From assembly GCA_965215605.1 (NCBI GenBank), contig OZ244070.1, forward strand, positions 512,001 to 576,000: 64,000 nt of DNA. Reading direction: 5' to 3'. This document shows positions 55,068 through 64,000 of the stretch, piece after piece. The stretch comes from an uncultured Candidatus Binatia bacterium (lineage in GTDB: Bacteria; Desulfobacterota; Binatia; UBA9968; JAJDTQ01). A program made the translations under genes and the position numbers. Under the pieces are notes generated by a model. It was given only the letters and a program-made list of their open reading frames with translations. It was not told the DNA's origin and did not search any database. Numbering within the stretch: the first letter of the stretch is position 1; every line of letters begins with the position of its first letter.

Positions 55068-57470
55068 ATGAGCGAGTGGATCTTCCGCTATAACGGTTTC
55101 GACCCGGCCAAACAGGGCCTGCGCGAGGCGTTATGCACCCTCGGCAACGGCTACTTCGCCACCCGCGGCGCAGCGGAAGGGGGCGAGGCCGGCGACGTGC
55201 ACTATCCCGGCACCTATCTCGCCGGATGCTACAACCGGCTGGAGACCACGGTCGGCGACCGCGTGGTGGTCAACGAGGACCTGGTCAACCTGCCCAACTG
55301 GCTCCGGCTCCGGTTCCGCCTGGAGGACGAGCCGTGGTTCGAGCTTTCGGCGGTCGAGGTCCTGGCCTACCAACAGGAGCTGGACCTCAAGAACGGCTTG
55401 CTGACGCGAAGGCTGCGGTTCCGCGATCCCCAAGGGCGCACCAGCTTCATTCGCAGCCGGCGGCTTGTGCACATGCGGCATCCGCACCTGGGGGTCCTGC
55501 GCTGGACCCTGCTGGCGGAAGACTGGTCCGGACACGTCACCATCCGATCCTCCCTGGACGGCTCGGTCATCAACGCCGGAGTCCCGCGCTACCGCCAGCT
55601 CAACTCCAAGCACCTGGAGACCCTGGAGAAGGGGCGCGCGGGAGAAGACGGCGTGTACCTGGCGGTCCAGACCAACCAGTCGCACATACGGCTGGCGCTG
55701 GCGGCGCGCACCCGGCTCTTCCGCCAGGACGAGTACGAGGAAGTCGCCTCCCGCACCATCGAGGAACCGGAGGCCATCGCGCAGCAGTTCGTCATCACGG
55801 TGAGGAAGAGGCAGGTGATCACGCTGGAGAAGACGGTGGCCCTGTACGCGTCCCGGGACCGGGCCATCTCGGAATGCGGCCATGCCGCCCGGTCCGCGGC
55901 AGCGGCGGCGGGCCGGTTCGTGGAGTTGCTGGAATCCCATGCAAGCGCGTGGCATTCGTTGTGGCGCCGGTGTGACGTGGAGCTGCCCTCGCGGCCCGAG
56001 GAGGAGCGGATCCTGCGCCTGCACGCCTTCCACCTGCTGCAGACCGCGTCGCCGAACTCGGTGGATCTCGACGTTGCGGTAGGCGCACGGGGACTCCACG
56101 GCGAGGCCTATCGCGGGCACATCTTCTGGGACGAGTTGTACTTCCTGTTCTTCTACACGGTGCGGATCCCGGAGATCGCCCGGTCGCTGCTGCTGTACCG
56201 CTACCGCCGGTTGGATGCCGCGCGCAGGGCCGCCCGTAAAGAGGGATATGCCGGCGCCATGTACCCTTGGCAGAGCGGCAGCGACGGCACCGAGGAAACC
56301 CAGAAGCTGCACCTGAACCCCAACTCCGGACGCTGGCTGGAGGACAACAGCCACCGCCAGCGGCACGTCAACATCGCCATCGCCTACAACGTGTGGCGCT
56401 ACTACAAGACCACCGGAGACCAGGATTTCCTGTCCCGCTACGGCGCCGAGATGATCCTGGAGATCGCGCGCTTCTGGGCCAGCATGGCGGAGAAGAACGA
56501 AGGCACGGGGCGTTACGAAATCCACGGCGTCATGGGCCCCGACGAGTACCACGACATGTACCCCGACGCCGACACCGGCGGCCTGCGCAACAACGCCTAC
56601 ACCAACGTGATGGTGGTGTGGCTGCTGGAACGGGCCTTCGAGGTCCTGGACCTGCTGGGCGAGAAGCGGAGCGCCGAGCTCGCCGAGGAGATCGGCCTCG
56701 CGCCGGAAGACGGGCATCGGTGGCGCGACATCACCCGCAGGATGACCGTGCCGTTCCATGGCGAAGGCGTCATCAGCCAGTTCGAGGGGTACGAGGCGCT
56801 GGAGGAGTTCGACTGGGACGGGTACCGGGAGAAGTACGGCAACGTCGAGCGGCTGGACCGCATCCTCGAGGCGGAAGGCGACACCCCCAACCGCTACAAG
56901 GCATCGAAGCAGGCGGACACGGTCATGCTGTTCTACCTGCTGCGAACCGACGAGCTGCGACGAATATTCGGCCGACTCGGCTACGCCTTCGACGACGAGA
57001 CGGTGCTCAAGACCGTGGACTACTACAGCGCCCGCACCTCCCACGGCTCGACCCTGAGCCGGGTGGTGCACGCCGCGGTGTCGGCGCGCTCGGATCCGAG
57101 CGCCTCGTGGCGCTATTTCACGGAGGCGCTGCAGAGCGACGTCGCCGACATCCAGGGCGGCACCACGCCCGAGGGCGTCCACATCGGGGCCATGGGCGGC
57201 CTCGACGACGTCCTGCTGAGCCGCTACGCCGGCATCGACACCATGGGCGACACCCTGAGCCTCGACCCCTGCCTCCCGGACGAGTTGCCCGAACTGCGGC
57301 TTTCGATCCTCTATCGCGGGCGGCGGGTCGGACTGGACCTGACGCGCGAACGCGCGCGCATCTCACTGGACGGGGATGCGGCGGCGGACCTGGAAGCGGC
57401 AGTGCAGGGCACGCGGCACGAGCTTGCCGCAGGCGATACGGAAATCCGCCTGAATCAGCGACGATCGTAG
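55068..57470 (+). CDS. Glycoside hydrolase family 65 (trehalose/maltose phosphorylase-like)
   Basis: EALCTLGNGY, ARGLHGEAYRGHIFWDE, YPWQS, GPDEYH, KQAD, HGSTLS. Confidence 0.95.
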   Translation: MSEWIFRYNGFDPAKQGLREALCTLGNGYFATRGAAEGGEAGDVHYPGTYLAGCYNRLETTVGDRVVVNEDLVNLPNWLRLRFRLEDEPWFELSAVEVLAYQQELDLKNGLLTRRLRFRDPQGRTSFIRSRRLVHMRHPHLGVLRWTLLAEDWSGHVTIRSSLDGSVINAGVPRYRQLNSKHLETLEKGRAGEDGVYLAVQTNQSHIRLALAARTRLFRQDEYEEVASRTIEEPEAIAQQFVITVRKRQVITLEKTVALYASRDRAISECGHAARSAAAAAGRFVELLESHASAWHSLWRRCDVELPSRPEEERILRLHAFHLLQTASPNSVDLDVAVGARGLHGEAYRGHIFWDELYFLFFYTVRIPEIARSLLLYRYRRLDAARRAARKEGYAGAMYPWQSGSDGTEETQKLHLNPNSGRWLEDNSHRQRHVNIAIAYNVWRYYKTTGDQDFLSRYGAEMILEIARFWASMAEKNEGTGRYEIHGVMGPDEYHDMYPDADTGGLRNNAYTNVMVVWLLERAFEVLDLLGEKRSAELAEEIGLAPEDGHRWRDITRRMTVPFHGEGVISQFEGYEALEEFDWDGYREKYGNVERLDRILEAEGDTPNRYKASKQADTVMLFYLLRTDELRRIFGRLGYAFDDETVLKTVDYYSARTSHGSTLSRVVHAAVSARSDPSASWRYFTEALQSDVADIQGGTTPEGVHIGAMGGLDDVLLSRYAGIDTMGDTLSLDPCLPDELPELRLSILYRGRRVGLDLTRERARISLDGDAAADLEAAVQGTRHELAAGDTEIRLNQRRS

Positions 57471-57514
57471 CCTGCCTCACCCGGCGACGACTTGCAGGAG
57501 ATGCGCCAGACGTC

Positions 57515-59158
57515 TCACGCCTGGTACTTGACGTCGCCGCCCACCACCGTCATCTCCACCTTCAGGTCCTTGATCCGTTCCGCCTCCACCTCGAAGGGGT
57601 CCTCCGCCAAAACCGCCATGTCCGCGAGCTTGCCCACCTCCAGCGTGCCCTTGCGGTCTTCCTCGAAGCCGGCGAAGGCGGCGTGGGTCGTGTGCAGATC
57701 GAAGGCCTGCTGCACGCTCAGGGCCTCCTCGGGCGCCAGGGTCTCGCCCCACAGCATGCGGCGGGAGACGTAGGCGCCAATGTCGCGCAGGGGATCCACC
57801 GGCCAGTAACCCGGCGCGTCCGAGCCGCCGGCCATCTTCACGCCCGCGTCCAGCAGCGTCTTCAGCGGGAAAGCCTTCACCATGCGCTTGGCGCCGATGG
57901 CCTCGCGGATGGAGTCTCCCACGAAGTACCCGAGGGAGATGTTGGGGATGGCCACGATACCCATGCGCACCAGCTTCTCGATGCGCCGGGGCGACATCAG
58001 CCAGTTGCCCATGTGCTCGATGCGGTGACGGTGATCGTCCCGTGGAACCGCGGCCAGCGCCTTCTCGTACGCCTCCAGCGACATGTCGAAGGCGCGGTCC
58101 CCGATGGCGTGGACGCAGCAACGCATGCCCGCCCGGTGGCAGCGGAGCACGGTCTCGTCCAGCTCGTCCTGCTGGATGCGGATGAGCCCGCGGTATTCCG
58201 GGACGTCGAGATAGGGATCGTAGAAGAGCGCGTTCCGGCCGGTGATGCCGCCGTCGATGCTCATCTTCACGCCGCCCACCCGCAGCCACTCGTCGCCGAA
58301 GCCCACCTGCAGGCCGGTCTCCAGCACGCTGTCGGTGCTCATCTGGGACTCGATGATGCGTAGCAACAGGCTCGATCGCAGGTGCAGGCCGCCCTCGGCC
58401 TTGAGCTCCTGGTATGCGCGCACCGCGGCCGGGTCCTTGACGATGTCGTGAATCGTGGTGACGCCGCGTTCGAGACTCTGCTGGACCGCGTAGGCGATGC
58501 CCAGCTTGCGCTGGGTGGCGTCGAAGTCCGGGATCACGCCCGACACGATGTGCTGAGCCCGTTCGTTGAGGATGCCGGTGGGCTCGCCGGTGGCGGAGTC
58601 CCGGTCGATGGAGCCTCCGGCCGGGTCCGGAGTGTCCCGGTTGATCCCCGCCAGCGCCAGACCCTCGCTGTTCGCCACCGTCACGTGAGCGCCGAAGGAG
58701 ATCGAGACCGGGTGCCTGGGCGCCGCGGCGTCGAGATCCTTGCGGTCGGGGAAGCGTTTATCCTTCATGCGGAAGTCCTGCATCGGGCTCCCCTGCGCCA
58801 CCACCCACTCGCCCGCCGGAGTCGCCGCCGCCTTTCTGGAAAGGCGCGTCAGGACCGCATCGATGTTGGATACCGGCCCGTAGAAATCCCGGCAATCCAC
58901 CAGCTCCCGCTCCGCCAGACCCTTGTCCGCCAGGTGGACGTGGGCATCGGTCAGTCCCGGGATCACCGTGCGGCCCTTGAGGTTCACGTCGCGGGTATCG
59001 GCGCCGCACAGGCGCAGCACCTCGTCCGAAGCGCCGGCCGCTACGACTCGCCCGCCGGAGCAGGCGACGGCCTGCACCATGGGCGTCCCCGACGCGAACG
59101 TGCGGACCTTTCCGTTGAAGAACACGGTGTCGGGATAGGGCAAATGACTTCCAGCCAT
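57515..59158 (-). CDS. Amidohydrolase family 3 (YtcJ-like)
   Basis: PGLTDAHVH, GVTTIHD, KMSIDG, VHAIGD, RHRIEH, GGSDAP, GKLAD. Start ATG 59158 after GGAGG. Confidence 0.93.
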   Translation of the reverse strand: MAGSHLPYPDTVFFNGKVRTFASGTPMVQAVACSGGRVVAAGASDEVLRLCGADTRDVNLKGRTVIPGLTDAHVHLADKGLAERELVDCRDFYGPVSNIDAVLTRLSRKAAATPAGEWVVAQGSPMQDFRMKDKRFPDRKDLDAAAPRHPVSISFGAHVTVANSEGLALAGINRDTPDPAGGSIDRDSATGEPTGILNERAQHIVSGVIPDFDATQRKLGIAYAVQQSLERGVTTIHDIVKDPAAVRAYQELKAEGGLHLRSSLLLRIIESQMSTDSVLETGLQVGFGDEWLRVGGVKMSIDGGITGRNALFYDPYLDVPEYRGLIRIQQDELDETVLRCHRAGMRCCVHAIGDRAFDMSLEAYEKALAAVPRDDHRHRIEHMGNWLMSPRRIEKLVRMGIVAIPNISLGYFVGDSIREAIGAKRMVKAFPLKTLLDAGVKMAGGSDAPGYWPVDPLRDIGAYVSRRMLWGETLAPEEALSVQQAFDLHTTHAAFAGFEEDRKGTLEVGKLADMAVLAEDPFEVEAERIKDLKVEMTVVGGDVKYQA

Positions 59159-59243
59159 CGGAACCTCCGTTGATGAAGACCTGCGTCGCGATTGCGCCCC
59201 ATGAATATCGGCCACGCGCGACAAGGTCAATCCACGAATCAAG

Positions 59244-59277
59244 GTTGACTTCCGGCACGACAATTACCTATGTATCG
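59244..59277 (+). promoter_or_regulatory. Conserved upstream element of SBP copy 1
   Basis: GTTGACTT-N8-ACAATT-N3-TATGT-N-TCG, repeated with the same spacing at 60880-60913. Confidence 0.6.
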
Positions 59278-59324
59278 CGGGTACGACTCATAACCGGGTG
59301 CGTTTCCAAAAGGAGGACTACGCG

Positions 59325-60863
59325 ATGAAACTCGAAACAGGTGTTCGCAGGATCTCGTGGAAGCCGGTGTGGACGCTGGCGGCGGCGCTGGCGCTCGTGG
59401 TGGGGATGCTCGCATCCGGTTCCGCATGGGCCGCTTCCAGGGACAGGGTAGTGGTCTATCACGCCGGCAGCATCGATTCCCTCCACCCCTACAACCACAG
59501 TCTGGGCCCGGCCTACTCCATCTGGGAGCACATCATGGAGCCGCTGGTGCAGTTGGACGAGGAGCGTGTCGAATACGTGCCCAAGCTGGCCGAGTCCTGG
59601 GAGTTGAAGGGCAAGGAGTGGGTGTTCAAGCTGCGCAAGGGCATCAAGTTCCACGACGGCACGCCGCTGACGGCGCACGACGTCGAGTTTTCGTTCAACC
59701 GCATCAAGACGGACAAGAAGAGCCTGCAGCGGCGACAACTGAAGGAACTGGTGGAAATGCGGGTCGTGGACGACCACACCATCGTCCTGGTGACCGACAA
59801 GCCCAACGTCGTGTTTCTCGACAAGCTCAAGACCCGCTTCGTCATGAGCAAGGCGGCCGCGGCGAAGTACGGCAAGGAGGTGGACAAGCACCCCATCGGC
59901 ACCGGACCCTACAAGTTCAAGAGCTTCAAGCGCGACGGCGACCTGGTGCTCGAGCGCAACGACGCCTACTGGGGCTCTCCGAAGCCGCAGATCAAGACCG
60001 TCGTGTGGCGGAAGGTCACCGAGGAGGCCGCCCGGGTAGCGGCCCTGGAGGCCGGACAGGCCGACGTGATCAACGCGGTGCCGGCCCACGACGTGGAGCG
60101 CCTGAGGAAGAACCCGAGGATCAACATCAAGACGGTGCCCGGGGGACGCATCTACTTCCTGGCCCTCAACCCGGGCTTCAAGCCCTGGGACAACAAGCTC
60201 GTGCGGCAGGCGGCCAACTACGCGGTGGACGCCTACCCCATCATCGAGAACATCTTCGATGGCCTCGGTTTCGTGGTGGAGGGCGCCGCCGGGAAGCAAC
60301 ACATCGGTTTCGACCCCAACGCCAAGCGCTATCTCTACGACCCCAAGAAATCCCGTGACCTTCTGGCCAAGGCCGGATACCCGGACGGCGTCTCCGTAAA
60401 GATGTACTATTCCGCGGGACGGTATCCCAAGGACAGCGAGGTGGTCCAGGCCGTCGCGGCCCAGATGAAAAAGGGCGGTTTCAACATCGAGCTGATCAGC
60501 CAGGAATGGGTGGTGTTCTGGGGCAAGTCCGGGGTCAACGGCGGCAAGCTGCCCTTCTACCACGTCAGCCGGGGCAGCGTCGTCGACGCGCACACGCACC
60601 TCGAGCAGTACTTCAAGACCGGCGCGAGCCGCCGTATCGACTACAGCAATCCCGAGTTCGACAGGATCATGGACCTGGAACAGGCAGAAGCCGATCCCGT
60701 GAAACGCGACAAGCTGTTGCACCAGTTGGGCCGGATCCTGAAGGAGGACTCACCGTGGGTGCCGTTGTGGAATCTGGCGGATATCTACGGTGCCGCCAGC
60801 AACCTCGAGTGGAAGCCTCGTTCCGACGAGAGAATCCGTGCCTGGGAGATGAGGATCAAGTAG
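59325..60863 (+). CDS. ABC substrate-binding protein family 5 (DppA/OppA-like), copy 1
   Basis: LAESW, FKLRKGIKFHDG, DVEFSF, PIGTGPY, VRQA. ATG 59325 after AGGAGG. Confidence 0.93.
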   Translation: MKLETGVRRISWKPVWTLAAALALVVGMLASGSAWAASRDRVVVYHAGSIDSLHPYNHSLGPAYSIWEHIMEPLVQLDEERVEYVPKLAESWELKGKEWVFKLRKGIKFHDGTPLTAHDVEFSFNRIKTDKKSLQRRQLKELVEMRVVDDHTIVLVTDKPNVVFLDKLKTRFVMSKAAAAKYGKEVDKHPIGTGPYKFKSFKRDGDLVLERNDAYWGSPKPQIKTVVWRKVTEEAARVAALEAGQADVINAVPAHDVERLRKNPRINIKTVPGGRIYFLALNPGFKPWDNKLVRQAANYAVDAYPIIENIFDGLGFVVEGAAGKQHIGFDPNAKRYLYDPKKSRDLLAKAGYPDGVSVKMYYSAGRYPKDSEVVQAVAAQMKKGGFNIELISQEWVVFWGKSGVNGGKLPFYHVSRGSVVDAHTHLEQYFKTGASRRIDYSNPEFDRIMDLEQAEADPVKRDKLLHQLGRILKEDSPWVPLWNLADIYGAASNLEWKPRSDERIRAWEMRIK

Positions 60864-60879
60864 GACCCCTGTCTCTTGC

Positions 60880-60913
60880 GTTGACTTGGGACATCACAAT
60901 TTCATATGTGTCG
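60880..60913 (+). promoter_or_regulatory. Conserved upstream element of SBP copy 2
   Basis: Same motif and spacing as 59244-59277. Confidence 0.6.
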
Positions 60914-60954
60914 GACCGTACGGGGGTCCGGTTTCAAAAAAGGGGGACGGTTCA

Positions 60955-62493
60955 GTGAAATTCAATGGATGCATTCGTGGAAGCTTGTCGAAGCGGACAG
61001 GGGCACTGGCGGCAGGTGCGGCGCTCCTTCTCGGTTTGCTCGCCTGCGGCTCCGCCTGGGCCGCCTCCAAGGACAAGGTGGTGATCTACCACGCGGGCGG
61101 CATTGATTCGCTCCACCCGTACAACCACAGTCTGAGCCCGGCCTACGGCATCTGGGAACACATCCTGGAGCCGCTGGTGCAGGTGGACCAGAAGGCCAAC
61201 CAGTACGTCCCGAAGCTCGCCGAGTCCTGGGAATTCAAGGGCAAGGAGTGGGTCTTCAAGCTGAAGAAAGGCATCAAGTTCCACGACGGCTCGCCCTTGA
61301 CCGCGCACGACGTGGAGTTTTCTTTCAACCGCATCAAGACGGACAAGAAGAGCCTGCAGCGGCGGCAACTGAGAGAGTTGACAGAGATGCGCGTGGTCGA
61401 CGACCACACCATCGTCCTGGTGACCAAGACGCCCAATGTCGTGTTCCTCGACAAGCTTCAGAGCCGCTTCATCATGAGCAAGACCGCCGCGGAGAAGGCC
61501 GGCAAGGACATGGACAAGCACCCCATCGGCACCGGACCCTACAAGTTCAAGAGTTTCAAGCGCGACGGCGACCTGGTGATGGAGCGCAACGACGACTACT
61601 GGGGCTCCCCCAAGCCGCAGGTCAAGACCATGGTGTGGCGCAAGGTGACGGAGGAGGCGGCCCGGGTCGCGGCCCTCGAGTCCGGGCAGGTGGATGTCAT
61701 CAACGCCGTCCCGCCCCACGAGGTGGCGCGGCTGGAGAAGAATCCCAGGATCACGATCAAGTCCGTTCCCGGATCGCGCATCTACTTCCTCGCCATCAAC
61801 CCGGGGTTCAAGCCTTGGGACAACAAGCTCGTGCGGCAGGCGGCCAACTATTCCATAGACGCCGACTCCATCGTCAAGAACATCTTTGACGGCCTCGGTT
61901 TCGTGGTGGAAGGCGCCGGCGCGAAAACGTACATCGGCCACGACCCCAACGCCAAGCGGTATCCCTACGACCCGGCAAAGTCGCGGGAGTTGCTGGCCAA
62001 GGCGGGCTACCCGGACGGCGTCTCGGTGAAGCTCTACTACTCGCAGGGCCGCTACCCCAAGGACAGCGAAGTGCTCCAGGCCATCGCCGCCCAGATGAAG
62101 AAGGGCGGATTCAACGTCGAGCTCATCTCCCAGGAGTGGGTGGTGTTCTGGGGCAGGTCCGGGGTCAACGGGGGCAAGATGCCCTTCTACTACATTGGCC
62201 GGGGCAGCGTCATCGACGTCCACACGCATGTCGAGCAATACTTCAAGACCGGCGCAAGCCCACGAATCGACTACAGCAACCCCGAACTCGACAAGCTGAT
62301 CGAAGCGGAGATGGCGGAAGCCGATCCCGAGAAGCGCGCCAGGATCCTGCACCAGATGGGCCGTATCCTGAAAGAAGATTCCCCGTGGGTGCCGCTGTGG
62401 AACCTGGCGGACATTTACGGATTCGCCAGCAACATCGAGTGGGATCCGCGGTCCGACGAGAGAATCCGTACCTGGGAGATGGCGATCAAGTAG
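60955..62493 (+). CDS. ABC substrate-binding protein family 5, copy 2
   Basis: Close tandem paralogue of copy 1. GTG start 60955 after AAGGGGG. Confidence 0.93.
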   Translation: MKFNGCIRGSLSKRTGALAAGAALLLGLLACGSAWAASKDKVVIYHAGGIDSLHPYNHSLSPAYGIWEHILEPLVQVDQKANQYVPKLAESWEFKGKEWVFKLKKGIKFHDGSPLTAHDVEFSFNRIKTDKKSLQRRQLRELTEMRVVDDHTIVLVTKTPNVVFLDKLQSRFIMSKTAAEKAGKDMDKHPIGTGPYKFKSFKRDGDLVMERNDDYWGSPKPQVKTMVWRKVTEEAARVAALESGQVDVINAVPPHEVARLEKNPRITIKSVPGSRIYFLAINPGFKPWDNKLVRQAANYSIDADSIVKNIFDGLGFVVEGAGAKTYIGHDPNAKRYPYDPAKSRELLAKAGYPDGVSVKLYYSQGRYPKDSEVLQAIAAQMKKGGFNVELISQEWVVFWGRSGVNGGKMPFYYIGRGSVIDVHTHVEQYFKTGASPRIDYSNPELDKLIEAEMAEADPEKRARILHQMGRILKEDSPWVPLWNLADIYGFASNIEWDPRSDERIRTWEMAIK

Positions 62494-62552
62494 CAGCCGG
62501 ATGCGTCGTCGCCCCCGCGGGCGCCCGACAGCCTTGTGATGGAGGTGCAAGA

Positions 62553-63641
62553 ATGAAGGCCGCGGTGCTGCTGGAGCAGAACACCCCTCTGGTGGTGGAG
62601 GACGTGGATATCGAGGGTCCCAAGGCGCAGGAGGTGCAGGTCCGCATCGGCGCCACCGGCATCTGCCACAGCGACCTGCACAACATCAAGGGCGAGTGGG
62701 ACAACCAGACCCCGGTGATTCTCGGCCACGAGGGCGCCGGCGTGGTGGAGGCCGTGGGCGACGGCGTCGACCACGTCAAGCCGGGCGACAACGTCATCCT
62801 TTCCTTCCGGGCCAACTGCGGCCGTTGCGAGAACTGCGCGCGCGGCATCCCGGTCCTCTGCAACGGCCACCACTCCCCCCGCCAGATGATGCACGACGGC
62901 ACCGCGCGGGTGAGCCTCAAGGGACAGCCGCTGTTCATTTCGGCGCGGCTCGGCACCTGGGCCGAGCAGGTGGTGTGTCCCGCGGAACAGGCCGTTCCGG
63001 TCCCCGGCGACGTTCCGCCCGAGGTGGCCGCCCTCATCGGCTGCTGCGTCACCACCGGCGTGTGCTCCGTCACCAACGCCGCCCGGGTGGAAGCCGGGGA
63101 CACCGTGGCCGTCATCGGCTGCGGCGGCGTGGGCCTCAACTGCATCCAGGGCGCCCGGCTGGTGGGCGCCAGCACCATCATCGCCATCGACATCCTCGAC
63201 GGAAAGCTGGAGTACGCCCAGGAGTTCGGCGCCACCCACAAGATCAACAGCTCGCGCGAGGACGCGGCCAAGCGCGTCCGCGAGATCACCGGCGGCGGCG
63301 TGGACTACGTCTTCGAGGCCATCGGCCTCGGCCCCACCGTGGAGCAGGCACTGGAGTGCGCTCGGGCGGGCGGCACCGTGGTGGTGGTGGGGATGGCTCC
63401 CCTGGACCACACGGCGTCCATCAACCCCTTGCGTTTCGTGAGGGAGCAGAAGACCCTTACCGGCACGGGCTACGGCAACGCCCGCCAACTCATCGACATC
63501 CCCAGGATGGTCGAGCACTACAAGGCCGGCCGGCTGGACCTGGATCGGCTGGTGTCACACCGCTACAAGATCGAGGAGATCAACGAGGGGGTCGAGCGGC
63601 TGAGGCAGGGGGAGGCGGCCCGAGGCGTGGTGGTATTCTGA
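62553..63641 (+). CDS. Zn-dependent alcohol dehydrogenase (class III-like MDR)
   Basis: GICHSD, GHEGAG, CGRCENC, LIGCCVTTG, GCGGVG. ATG 62553 after GGAGG. Confidence 0.95.
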   Translation: MKAAVLLEQNTPLVVEDVDIEGPKAQEVQVRIGATGICHSDLHNIKGEWDNQTPVILGHEGAGVVEAVGDGVDHVKPGDNVILSFRANCGRCENCARGIPVLCNGHHSPRQMMHDGTARVSLKGQPLFISARLGTWAEQVVCPAEQAVPVPGDVPPEVAALIGCCVTTGVCSVTNAARVEAGDTVAVIGCGGVGLNCIQGARLVGASTIIAIDILDGKLEYAQEFGATHKINSSREDAAKRVREITGGGVDYVFEAIGLGPTVEQALECARAGGTVVVVGMAPLDHTASINPLRFVREQKTLTGTGYGNARQLIDIPRMVEHYKAGRLDLDRLVSHRYKIEEINEGVERLRQGEAARGVVVF

Positions 63642-63671
63642 GTCATGCGCCACGCCCGTCGCGATTGAGCC

Positions 63672-64000
63672 ATGCCCATCGCCAACGTCAGCGGCCTGAA
63701 TTTCCACTACGAACTGCACGGCAGCGGCGAGCCGCTGGTGCTGGTGAGCGGCACCGGCATGTCCGGCGACCACTGGAATATCTTCCAGGTGCCCGGACTG
63801 GAGCAGCACTACCGGGTGCTGGCCTGGGACCACCGAGGCACGGGACGGAGCGACAAGCCCGACGTCCACTACTCCACCCGGATGTTCGCCGACGACTGCG
63901 TCAACCTGATGGAGGCGCTGGGAATCGGCCGCGCCCACTTCATGGGCCACTCCATGGGCGGCCGCGTGTGCCAGTGGATCGCCATCGACCATCCCGAGGC
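63672..64000 (+). CDS. Alpha/beta hydrolase (PcaD-like), partial, runs off the window
   Basis: Not in track. MPIANVSGLNFHYELHGSGEPLVLV...DHRGTGRSDKP...GHSMGG. Confidence 0.9.
   Translation, partial: MPIANVSGLNFHYELHGSGEPLVLVSGTGMSGDHWNIFQVPGLEQHYRVLAWDHRGTGRSDKPDVHYSTRMFADDCVNLMEALGIGRAHFMGHSMGGRVCQWIAIDHPE

Noticed and set aside
1-64000. CRISPR arrays, tRNA/rRNA, transposases, integrases, riboswitches
   Set aside because: No regularly spaced repeats or recognisable motifs seen by eye. An Infernal/Rfam scan of the larger gaps (10466-10685, 17439-17651, 32932-33203) would be needed to exclude small RNAs.

Overview
GC-rich bacterial chromosomal window with about 55 protein-coding genes, almost all for uptake and catabolism of small organic molecules. 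It holds nine amidohydrolase-superfamily genes plus one remnant, two Mo-hydroxylase large subunits (one with its M and S partners next to a UbiD decarboxylase), two luciferase-like oxidoreductases, a CoA transferase, an HpaB-like monooxygenase with a sulfotransferase, a thiolase/DUF35 pair, two SDRs, GH65, a class I fumarase, three MFS carriers, one TRAP system, two complete ABC systems and two orphan family-5 binding proteins. The left edge (1-1213) is a decayed accessory patch: a partial glycine-zipper gene, a vsr remnant missed by the ORF track, intact higB and frameshifted higA. I found no rRNA, tRNA, CRISPR array or transposase. Points of interest are a ubiD/Mo-hydroxylase/SDR/TRAP gene run, two apparent pseudo-enzymes, a 236-bp identical tract between dctP paralogues, a doubly anchored coiled-coil lipoprotein, two short palindromic repeat families overlapping stop codons, and no recognisable catabolic regulator. 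The gene repertoire suggests a heterotrophic scavenger, possibly a Binatia/Deltaproteobacteria-like or host-associated lineage; this is inference only. All calls come from reading motifs by eye, with no database search.
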